In this document: in pieces, positions 1 through 10,435 of the stretch
Position numbering within the stretch: the first letter of the stretch is position 1
Layout: each line of letters opens with the position of its first letter
NCBI GenBank assembly: GCA_964036045.1
Contig: OZ038378.1
Span: 2,852,001 to 2,916,000, forward strand
DNA: 64,000 nucleotides
Direction: 5' to 3'
Source: Eutreptiella sp. 'Long Island Sound 2002'
Lineage: Eukaryota > Protista > Euglenida
The notes under the pieces: generated by a model
The model's database searches: none
Told to the model about the DNA's origin: nothing
What the model saw: only the letters and a program-made list of their open reading frames with translations
Made by a program: the position numbers and the translations under genes

Positions 1-1
1 T

Positions 2-937
2 GAAGACATTGGACCCACAGGTGTAAAGCGACTGGCCAATGCCTTACAAGGCAATACATCTCTTATGACACTAACTGTTGGGTTTAATGACCTTGGAGCT
101 GATGGAGCTCGCAGTCTGGCAAAAGCCCTTGTTGAGAACGTGTCACTGAATGCCCTCAATATTGATGGCAACGGCATCGGCGCTGAAGGGGCCAAGAATC
201 TCGCGGCCATGCTGGAACTTAATGGCGCTCTGCGTGCCCTCAATGTATACTTCAACGATATTGGAGACGACGGTGCCAAGGCGTTGGCTGCAGCACTGAA
301 ACGCAATAGCACGCTGCACACGCTCATTGCTGCCGACAATTCTATCACCGTTACTGGGACACGCAGCTTATGCTCAATGCTGCGAGTGAACTCAAGCCTC
401 ACGGAACTGGATATTCGTGGAAACAGCTGTGGACCATATGGGGCCAAGTATCTGGCGATCATGTTGGAAAGTAACCGAACATTGACTGCGCTGGATGTCG
501 GAGTGAACCATATTGGGGCGGCTGGAGCACAGTTGTTAGCCTCAGCATTGCGCCTCAATTCTACTTTGCGAAGGCTTGATATCGGAGGAAATGACATTGG
601 GGTGGCGGGGGCCCGTTTTGTGGCGAATACTCTGGCAGCCAACACGTGCTTGACATCTTTGATGCTGTGTGGGAATGCAATCGGCGATGCGGGTGCTGCT
701 GACGTTGCAGCCATGCTGCAGCAAAACCAGACCCTTCGGACGCTGCACTGTTCCCATAATGATGTTGGCATCGTGGGCGCAGAAGCAGTGCTGGTGGCAC
801 TGCAGGCGAATGCTTGCCTCACAGATGTTGACCTGCACGGCAATTGCTTTGACAGTACCACCGTGGCATGGTTCTCTGCACTGTTGTGTGTAGATGTCTC
901 AGATCAGCGACCGCCAGAACGGGCATGCGGTACCTGA
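2..937 (+). CDS. Leucine-rich repeat protein, RNI-like/NLRC3-like 28-residue repeats; 5' end lies outside the window
   Basis: The frame is open from position 2 (EDIGPTGVKRLANALQGNTSL...) to the stop at 935-937. About 10 regular 28-aa repeats of the form NxxLxxLxLxxNxIGxxGAxxLAxxL. Confidence 0.92.
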   Translation, partial: EDIGPTGVKRLANALQGNTSLMTLTVGFNDLGADGARSLAKALVENVSLNALNIDGNGIGAEGAKNLAAMLELNGALRALNVYFNDIGDDGAKALAAALKRNSTLHTLIAADNSITVTGTRSLCSMLRVNSSLTELDIRGNSCGPYGAKYLAIMLESNRTLTALDVGVNHIGAAGAQLLASALRLNSTLRRLDIGGNDIGVAGARFVANTLAANTCLTSLMLCGNAIGDAGAADVAAMLQQNQTLRTLHCSHNDVGIVGAEAVLVALQANACLTDVDLHGNCFDSTTVAWFSALLCVDVSDQRPPERACGT

Positions 938-1454
938 GATCTTTCGCACTGAAGCACTGTTGCTCACGCCTGCTGCCTGTGTGAGCCTTGCATTGATACG
1001 TCGAGTCCGACGGGTGCAAATACGGTCGATGGCGAAAGGTCTGGGCCACTTTGGCCAGTGTGCGCAACTAAGCCACCCTCTAATACCACAGAGTTGGGGT
1101 GGAGCCACCCATTCCTTGTCGTTGAACGTGCGGCTCAGCCTCTGTGCACCCCAACCCTCCATTGCCCCTCTTGCATTGGTCTTACAGGTGGTTTGGATCG
1201 GCCTGCATGCCTGAACGCTGCTTTCGATAGAGCATTGGGCGGACCGAAGAGGAAGGCTGTTCAGCTCTCGTTCATGACAATCACAGAGTTCTGACCTGCA
1301 GACAGCTACTCGCCGTACAAATGTTTCTGCAAGGCTGCTTGTCCATTGGGTTGGCCTGTAACACGATTGCACAGCGTTTTTCATCCACATGTATCTCCTT
1401 TTTCTCTTTAGCTACCCCTGCCACCCATTGTTGTGCCCCTTCCACGCAATCACA

Positions 1455-1588
1455 CCACCACCGCTTCCATGTAACTCAAAAGTACCCCGTCCCAGGCACT
1501 ACATCAATTTGCCATGTAACTCAAAATTACCCCGTCCCAGGCATTACATCAATTTGCCATGTAACTCAAAATTACCCCGTCCCAGGCA
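1455..1588. repeat. 45-bp tandem repeat, about 3 copies
   Basis: Unit CCATGTAACTCAAAA(G/T)TACCCCGTCCCAGGCA(C/T)TACATCAATTTG repeated directly. Part of the unit (TACATCAATTTGCCATGT) recurs at about 2766-2783. Confidence 0.9.
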
Positions 1589-1689
1589 CATCACTAATCA
1601 AGACTGAATATTGGGACCGAGCTGGTGGGGGAGGGAACATCAGCTATGACTAGTGAGGGACATCAAGAATGATTTACACATTGATGGCT

Positions 1690-2690
1690 CTTGACAAAGT
1701 GAAATCAGCCTGCAAGTGAACCCCATCACCACAAGGCCCACTTTGAAGGCTTTTTGGACTTCTAAGGGGCCAAAATGCCCCAAAATGGGCTCAAAATGGG
1801 CTCATTTCACCCGTTTGTGCACCCCAAATGGTCTAGGATGAGGTTTGGAAAAATGCGTTTTTGAGCCATTTTTGACCCATTTTTGGTCACAACACAGCCC
1901 ACTGTCAAGGCATTTTGGGATTTTCGGAGGACCAAACTGGGCCGCCACAAGCTCAAAACGGTCCAAAAACACTTGTTTTAGCGTTGCACATGGTCTAGGA
2001 CCATTTTTTAGAAAAGTCATCTTTTTGCCCCTACTGGACCCTGTTGACCCATTTGGGCACCCACCTGTTTGGGCTTGAGCTTGCAGCTTGCCGCAGCCTA
2101 GTGGGCCTAGGTATTGGGGTCTAGGCGTCCGTTTGGGTAATTCTAAGGGGTGGAAACCACAAAAAGTGGGGGGTTGTTGGTGGAGTAGGTGCCCTCGGAA
2201 TCGCATTTTGAGCCATGTAGCCAAAGATATGGCCTGTTCTTGGTTTGTGGCTGTCGGCATTTGGAGCTTCTGGGGCCTTTTTGGGCCGTTTCGGGGACAT
2301 ATCATGGAGTTAGAGGGCCGCAAAGAGCTCGTTGACACGGGGAAGTCAAGCCGCACGTGCAGTGTACCCGCCGTTTCCCTTCGTTTGGCCGTTTTGAATG
2401 TGTTCCAGGGCTTTTTTAGTCCAAAATTGGCTATTTTTGGCCCTAAACTACAGTTTTTGAAATTGAGGTCCGCGACTTGGGAATCCCGTTCCCGGCCGCC
2501 ACCGTTGAGTTTCTGGCTCAAACTTCGTGTGATTGTACTTCACACCCATAGGTATCATCCACCAAAATTTCAGCCGAATTTGAAGCACCACGACAGAATT
2601 CTGATTTTTACCCATTTCGCGCGCGCTGCTTGCTTGCTTGCTGCTGCTGCTTGCTTGCTGCTGCTGCTGCTGCTGCTGCTAAACCTAGTA
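1690..2690 (-). mobile_element. Dispersed non-autonomous repeat family A, reverse-oriented copy
   Basis: The reverse complement matches the copies at 4410-5570 and 8470-9360, including the (AAGC/AGC)n leader and the gggacc...aaaaatgggtcaaaa sub-repeats. Boundaries are approximate. Confidence 0.75.
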
Positions 2691-2750
2691 GGTCCACCCT
2701 AGACACTAAAAAGGGTTATAAAACCAAGACTGGTTCCACCAGCTCGGTGA

Positions 2751-2767
2751 CCCTAACCCTAACCCTA
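2751..2767. repeat. Short interstitial telomere-like repeat (CCCTAA) x~3
   Basis: CCCTAACCCTAACCCTA; a degenerate copy (AACCCTAGCCCTAACCCT) is at about 46610-46628. Confidence 0.6.
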
Positions 2768-4408
2768 CATCAATTTGCCATGTTTCCAAGGTTGAGAGCG
2801 ATCACCGCCATTGTGCAGTTCATGGACAGAGGGAAGCAATTCATAGTCTAGGTGGTGAGGCTTACAGTCCTGGTGGCATTGGTACAGGTGCTGCCACACC
2901 AGTCAAGAACAAGCCTATAGTCACAGCCTCTTCCACATTGGGCCATTGATGGCGTGGCGAGGTTTTACTGACTCAATAACTCAACGCTTTGGAGTCCAAC
3001 TGATGGCCCTGTCTGTACTTGGTGCTGTCTAACAGAGTGGGGGTGCAGTTCGGGGTGTTAGGTAACGTTGTCACAACACACGGGGTGGTGATGGCGAGGT
3101 GAACAGGTGAGTACGGACTGGAGGAGAAACACCTCAGAGGGAGTTTGTAGGGGCTATGGCGCTTTATTGTCCATGGCGCATCATACGGATGGCCCGGCGG
3201 TGGGAAGTAAGGTGAGCACAATTTGATACCTGTAGGAACTGGAAGTGAGAGGAAGGTGAGAAGAATTCCCTTTCCATCCTGGCTTTGCAACAACAACAAT
3301 GTCAGCAACCAGTTTGTGCTATGCACGGTCCGCAGATTCCACCCTTCATTTGACTTTGCCACCAAGAAGCCAGTGCAGCCACAGCTGCCCTTCACAGACG
3401 TTATTTGCCCTGAATTCAACCCCAATCAGCTTAACCCCAGACCCCTCAACCCTCCCATATCCCACCCAAGTAATGTACAGTAGTTGAATGCAAGGGGCCA
3501 GCCAGCCAGCCAGCCAGCCAGGGGTGATACCGGAGCCAATCCGAGGTCTCGGGCAGGAGGGTTGATGCCTTTTTGCGCCAGTACTTCAAAGCAAGGAGGA
3601 TCTGTTTGCTGTAATACATTTTAGATTTTTGTAATACAAGTGTGGCGGAATCAGGGTTGGAGTGAAGTCACGTTTGTCACCTGGTGAGTCTGTCATCCGC
3701 CATCTCAGAATGGAAATGTTGAAAGGTTGGGGGCAACAGTGGGCAATATTGGAGGGGAAGGGAGATTTGGTGCAGAGAGCCAAGACAGACAATGGATCCA
3801 TGCAATGTGGCATGCAATTGTGGCAGATGTGACATTGGTTAGTGGGCAAGAGAGTTTGGAGGAGGTGGAGTAGAAGTCGAATGGATATTGATGGTGGAGT
3901 GCTGTGTTGGTGTTGCTGTAGGTGTATGTGTGTGTGCGCGCGCACGCTGTACGGCCTGGGACATCTTGCCAATAATAGGCACTTGGCAGGAAGAAATACT
4001 TCCTTTGGGGAGGGGTGCCATTTGTGCCTGTGAAATGGTGGTGCAGTGGGTGATCCATGTGGCAAAGGCCCCGGCATGGGCCTTGATCCAGGTGCACTGG
4101 AGATTGGCCCCTGGGGGCGGGGGAGATATCAGTGAGGGCTTTTGCCAAGAACCTGTGACCATAGTGGGGAAATGTGGTGGTGGCGGTGAGTGGAAGAGGT
4201 CAAAGAATTGTTTGTTTTCGGATGACCAGTGCTGAAATTAGCGCTCACGTTTCTGCTGCACTGGACGCATTGCTGGGGCAGAGAGAGGATATTCTGGCTG
4301 TTTACTGACTGGCAAGATAGCGATGGAAAATCAGGAGCTGTGGGTTTTAGAGCTCTATATATGTTGAACCTCGCAGTTTGAGCATGATTCGAATGGAAGC
4401 CATGGTAT

Positions 4409-5570
4409 ATATCACTACACCCCTCTCCCCTTAAATCTAGCTGACAATCAAGCAAGCAAGCAAGCAACAACCAAGCAAGCAACACTTCTCCGTTCCGTTT
4501 TGGCCATTACTCCGTTCCACCGCTTCGGACTCTACTCTGCTCTAGCCAGCCTAGAGCCTAGATGGTGGCCTTGCCAAATCCCAGTCCTGAGCCAAAAACT
4601 CAGCGGTGGTGCTCCAGGGCGGGGCGCGACCTCCCAAAAAATGCGCAATTTGTGCCCCCAAAACAGCCTTGTGTGGCCCAAAATGCCCCGAAGCCCAGCC
4701 AAAACGGCCAAACAATGGAAAACGGTTGCTACAGTTCACGTGCGCCTTGATTGCCCTGTGACAAAGAGCCCTTTGTTGCCCTCCGCGATATGTCCAAGGA
4801 ATGGCCCAAAAATGGCCAAAAATGCCCTCAATGTGCGCTGTTTGCGTCAAACACCCCAAGAACCAAGAACGGGCCGCCGTGGCAAAACCCAATTCCGAGG
4901 GCGCCTAGTCCATTCGCAACCCCCCACTTTTTGTGCTTTCCAAGCCTCAGATTTGCCCAACAAGACGCTCAGACCCCCGTATCAGTGGTCAGTTGGTGGA
5001 GCCGGTGGCAGCCCAGCCCGCGCACGGTGGGGCCCAACGGTGGGTCCACCAGGGTCCCCGGGGCGAAAAAAATCATTTTTCAAAGTTGTTCCTAGACCAC
5101 TTGGGATGCTGAAACAAGTGATTTTAGCCCTCTTTGAGCCCGTGGTGACACGTTTTGGCCCATAGAAAATCCCAAAACGCTTTAAAAATGGGCCGTTTTG
5201 GAACCATAAATGGGTCAAAAATGCATTTTTCCAAAAGTTACCTTGGACCATTTGTGATGCTCAAACAAGTGTTTTGAGCCCGTAGTGACGCTTTTTGGGC
5301 CATGGAAAATCCCAAAAAGTTTTGAAAATGAGCCGTTTTGGGACCAAAAATGGGTTTTATATGGGTCAAAAACGTGTTTTTCCAAAATTTATCTTAGACC
5401 ATTGGGGGTGAACAAACAAGTGAAATGAGCCCATTTTGAGCCTATTTTGCCCTAGTTTGGCCTTTTCTACCACATGTATGCACCAAGTTGTACCCTTCGC
5501 ACGTCGTTTAGAGCCGTAGTGTGGAGCCACTAAGAATTGGGGAGAGGGGGGTAGATTAGAGGATATATAT
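4409..5570 (+). mobile_element. Family A copy (~1.16 kb) with imperfect terminal inverted repeats in TA-rich flanks
   Basis: Starts TATATATCACTACACCCCTCTCC, then (CAAG)n; ends GGGGAGAGGGGGGTAGA...GGATATATAT. No transposase ORF. Confidence 0.75.
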
Positions 5571-6384
5571 GTGGACGTTTTGCTTGGAGAGAGGGGGGGT
5601 CAAGCGGTTGCGAATAGCAGGTGGTCCACTTCGGGCCAACAGTGGGCCGTGGTATCTACGTCTTTTGGGTATCTTAGAACCCTCTCCCCTATTTTCAGTG
5701 TGCTCACTTCAAAAATCAAGGTTTCAGACTACAACTCAATGATATATTGGCGCTGCAGGCCATTTACTGCTTACAAGTTAAGATTTTGGCCTGCCGAGAC
5801 GTAGTGCTATACAGGTACCGCCGAACCATTTCGGGCTCATTACTCCAACATATCGTCACAAAACCAAGAAATGAAAGTCGGTAAAAAGCTACATTTTTTC
5901 ATGCCAAATCGATGCATTGTCAATTTGGGTGCGTGAGAATCAGTTCAATTCAGCAAGACCACATTTACGACACCATCTGACACGAATTGCCCTGCTATGC
6001 CTCTCCATTGTTGTGCTCAGCCATAAAACATGTTTTTTTTGATGGGAGCATGTCTAAAATAGTTGGGGTGCACAACCCAACTACAAAGAGAAAAAATTGT
6101 GATGGCTGAATTTCTGGAAACTCGCAAAGGTGGAGTTTTCTCATGTGTGCTGCGTGCGCAAAACAGGCAAAAAACAGGCCGATTTCCCGACTTCGGTCCC
6201 CGTCGGAACTTCGCCACCGTCTCTCTACGCTCCAACTCTTGTTGTTTTAGATTGGGCACGCTCGCAGCAACAATTTTTCAACGCGAGAGTGACAATATTC
6301 GGACAAAATCGAAAAATGGTGAAAGCTTTGCTTCTATTCGTTACAAAATGGCCTCTTTGCCCCCCCCCCCCCCATGTTTATGGA

Positions 6385-8455
6385 TATATATATTACTACA
6401 CCCTTCTCTTTTTCAATCTAGCTAACAACAAGCTACAAGCGAGCAACAAGCCAGGAGGCAACACTTCCTCTTTCCGTTTTGGCCAATAGCCCGTTCCACC
6501 GCTTTAAGCTCTACTCTTCTCTAGCTATCTCATACCCGAGGTGGTGCTTTTGCCGAATCCAAGTTTTGAGCGAAAAACTCACCAATGGCGCCCACGGCGG
6601 GGGCGCCAAGTCCGGAGGTGCTGTGCCACAACTGCGCAATTTGTGCCCCAAAACAGCCTTTTGTGCCCTCAATGCCTTTGCAAAGGGGGAGGGGGGTGGC
6701 GGGGAACCTTATTCACAAACAGCTGGATTCTGAGTTCCTCGAATCCGACATTTTTTGGCTGTGGGGTCACCTTCAGCCCCCACCACTAGGCTAGCACAAA
6801 CAAGACCAAGTCGTGTAGTAGTGTCGACCAAACAAGCGTTTCGTTTCAAAGTTCCTCGATTACAAACGAAAAATCAGTTAAAATTTAAACCGAACGAAAT
6901 TTGAAGCTAAAATTTAAACCAAAGTGTTCTGTCCTGATATCAATGCACGCACTCTTTTGTAGGTGTTGCAGTTGATTCACGACTGCAAGAGTTTCTGTTG
7001 GGCAACCCGTTGGGTGCCAGCTGCGCTGGTCCTTGGGGGTGACCAGCCGCTTAATCGCTGCCTCATTTGGGTGTCCACGTCGCCCCAAGTGGGGTCTATT
7101 TACAATATGGGGGTGTGAGACAAGGCGGCGGTGACGTGGTTGCGGGTGGACGTGTGCCGGACATTGGACAACGAGGCGGCCACCCGTCACCAATATCAGG
7201 TGACGGGTCGAGCTTGGATAATGGGGGGTGCATAGCGGAACCTCACATCGTGGTTGACCAATGTTGGGTTTTCCTATGCATCCTCCATTGTTGCACGGCC
7301 ATTTGTGCACGGCCATCGGCCGCCTTCAGGTTGCTTTTGTCGAGGCGCGGCTGGAGGCACTCCCCAAGGAGAATGCCGAGGCCGTGCAACGGTTGTTGTA
7401 CCGGGCACTCACCGGAGTAAAACTGGGTGCCTCCGCCGCACCCGATGGGGAGGAGGCCAGGGCCCTCTTCCTTGCGTGGGAGGAGATGGGCCCACTATTG
7501 GCCTATGCACCGGAGGACCCCAAATGGCAAGCCATTGTTGCCTGGTTCCCACGACCCCATTTGGCCCCAAAACCCACTCATAACGGCCAAACGAAGGAGA
7601 ACATTTGCTACAGTTCACGTGCAGCTTGATTTCTCTGTGACAAAGAGCCCTTTGTTCCTCTGAAACTCCACGAAATGTCCGAGAAACGGTTCAAGAGTGG
7701 CTAAGAATGGCCTAAATTTGCGTTGTTTGTGTCAAACAGCCCAAAAAGCAAGAATGGGTCGTATCTTGGGCTACGTGGCTCAAACCCGAATTCCAAGGCC
7801 ACCTAGTCCACCCGCAACCTCCCATTTTTTATTCGTTCTAAGCTTAAAAATCACCCAACTAGACGCCTAGGACCCCGTACCAGTGGTGCCTTGGTGGAGC
7901 CGGGGGGCAACCCGGCCTGTGCATCGTGGGGGCCAACGGTGCACCACGGTCCCCGGGGCGAAAAAAATCTTTTTTCCAAATTCGGTCCTTGACCACTTGG
8001 TGTGCTCAAACAAGTGTTTTTAGCCTGTTTTGAGCCTGTGGTGATGCGTTTTGGCCCAAGGAAAATCCTAAAATGCCTTGAAAAGAGGCCGTTTTGGGAC
8101 TCAAAAAGGGGTAAAAAATGGGTACAAAATGCGTTTTTCGAAAACTGATCCTGGACCATTCAGGAATGTGAAACAAGTGTTGTTAGCCTATTTAGAGCAT
8201 GTGGTGACGCGCTTTGGACCATGAAAAATACCCAAATGCTTTGAAAAGGGGCGAAAAAAGGGTCAAAAATGCATTTTTCCAAAAATGATCCTGGACCATT
8301 GAGGGTGCACATACAAGTTAAATGAGCCCATTTCGAGCCTGTTTTGACCGAGTTTAGCCCCTTTTGCCACATGTATGCACCAAGTTGTACCCTTTGCACG
8401 TACCTTAGAGCCGTTTGGTTGAGCCACCTCGGGTTCGGGCAGGGTGTCAATAGGA
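6385..8455 (+). mobile_element. Family A copy interrupted by a ~0.9-kb insertion (~6680-7555)
   Basis: Starts TATATTACTACACCCTTCTC. Similarity to the 4409 copy stops near 6680 and resumes at about 7555 (…ACGGCCAAACGAAGG…GCTACAGTTCACGTGC). Confidence 0.7.
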
Positions 8456-8469
8456 GGATATAGATGTAA

Positions 8470-10435
8470 ATATACTACTACACCCCTCTCTCCATAAATT
8501 TAGCTAACAAGCAAGCAAGCAAAAAGCCAGCAAGCAAGCACGTTACCATTCGGTTTTGGCCATTGCGCCTTCTGAACGCCTCGGGCTTGAATCTACTTTA
8601 GCCCTCCTAGAGCCTAAGTGGTGCCCTTGACCAATCCAAGTTTTGAGTCAAAAACTCAACGGTCGCGGCCCGGGGCGTGGGCGCCAAGTTGGGAGGTGCC
8701 CTCCCAAATCTGCGCAATTTTGGGCCAAAAACAGCCATTTTTCGCCAAAAATAGCCCCCAAAGCGGGGCGAAACGCCCAAACGAAGGCAAACAGCAGCTA
8801 CAATACACGTGCCGCTTGACTTCACTGTATCAGAGAGCCCTCTAGTGTGCATCAACTCCATGATATGTCCAAGGAAGGGCCCAAAAAGCTGCCAAAAAGC
8901 CCCAAAATCTGCGCCATGTGTACCAACACTCCGAAACCAAGCACAGGCCGTATCTTGGGCTACGTGGCTCAAAATCCGATTCCGAGGGCACCTAGTCCAC
9001 CCGCAACCCCCCATCTTTTGTGGTTTTCACCCCTAGGAATCGCCCAAACGGACGCTTAGACACACGTACCACCAGCCGCTAGGCTGCAGCAAGCTGCACG
9101 CTTGAGCCCAAGGGGGTGGACGCCCAAAATGGGTCAATAGGGTGCACCGGGGTCAAAAAAATGGCCGTTTTCAAAGTTGCTCCTAGACCACGTGGGATGC
9201 CAAGACAAGTGGCTTTAGCCGGTTTTGAGCCCGTTTACGACCTCCGAAAATGGCAAAATGCCTTGAAAATGGGCGCTTTTGGGGCGCAAAACAAGTCAAA
9301 AAGGGGTCAAAAACGTGATTTTCCAAAACTGATCTTGGACCATTTGGGGTGCACACACAAGTGAAATGAGGTCATTTTGGGCCTGTTTTGAGCCATTTAG
9401 GCCCACTTTTTGTGGTTTCCAAGCCTCGGAATCGCACAACGAGACGCCTAGACCCCCGTACGAGTGGTCACTTGGTGGAGTCGGAGGGCAGCTCGGCCCA
9501 AGCACGGTGGGGGCCAACGGTGGGTCCACAAGGGTCCCCAGGGCGAAAAAAATCATTTTTCCAAAGTTGTTCATAGACACAGCCCAGCTCCAGTTCACAG
9601 CCAGCCAGACCTCAGTCATTCCCGCAGCGCACAGCACCACCACCACCAGCACTACCCTTCCCCACACCACTTTCACTGCATTCCAGATCAAGGCCTCTAC
9701 CCAAACCTTCCTCAGCACCACCCAAAAAGCGAATAAAGAAGGGACAGGGCTAACCGCACACACTTCAGCCATGCATGACCCATGACCCGCGAACTTACCT
9801 CCCTTTTTGTATGTTATACCCTTTCCAATGTACTTAGCATGGGGTGGTGCCCCGGCCCAGAACTTTGTTTCGAACTGGTCTACATTCAAAAAAAAAAAAA
9901 AAAAGACCACTTGGTGTGCTCAAACAAGTGTTTTTAGCCCGTTTTGAGCCCGTAGTGAAGCGTTTTGGCCCATGCAAAATCCCAAAATGCCTTGAAAATG
10001 GGCTGCTTTGGGACCAAAAATGGGTAAAAAATGGGTCAAAAGTGTTGTTTTTCCAAAAGTGATCCTAGACCATTTGGAATGCTCAAACAAGTGGTTTTAG
10101 CCCATTTAGAGCCCGTGGGGACGCGTTTTGCCTATGGAAAGTCCCAACAAGCCTTCAAAATGGGCTGTTTGGGGACCGAAAATGGGTCAAAAACGCGCTT
10201 TTCCAAAAGTGATCGTGGACCATTTGGGATGCTGAAACAAGTCTTTTTAGCCCGTTTTGAGCCCGTGGTGATGCGTTTTGACCCCTGGAAAATCCCAAAA
10301 TGCCTTGCAAATGGGCTGGTCTGGGACCAAAAATGGGTCAAAAATCGATCGAAAACGCGTTTTTCCAAAAGTGATCCTGGACAATTTGGGATGCTGAAAC
10401 AAGTGTTTTTAGCCCATTTTGAGCCCGAAACAGGG
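8470..10435 (+). mobile_element. Family A copy with internal duplication, a poly(A)-tailed insert and ~4 tandem ~150-bp subunits at its 3' end
   Basis: Starts ATACTACTACACCCCTCTCTCC directly after the end of the previous copy. Repeated GACCA(C/T)TTGG...AAACAAGTG...GAGCCCGT units at 9905-10430. Confidence 0.75.
9579..9903 (+). mobile_element. Retroposed 3' fragment (processed mRNA or truncated non-LTR element) with a 17-nt poly(A) tail
   Basis: The family A sequence ...GTTGTTC(C/A)TAGACCACTTGG... is split at AGAC (9575-9578 and 9904-9907). The insert has an open Thr-rich frame ending at TGA 9783-9785, ~100 nt of UTR-like sequence and A17 at 9888-9904. Confidence 0.7.
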
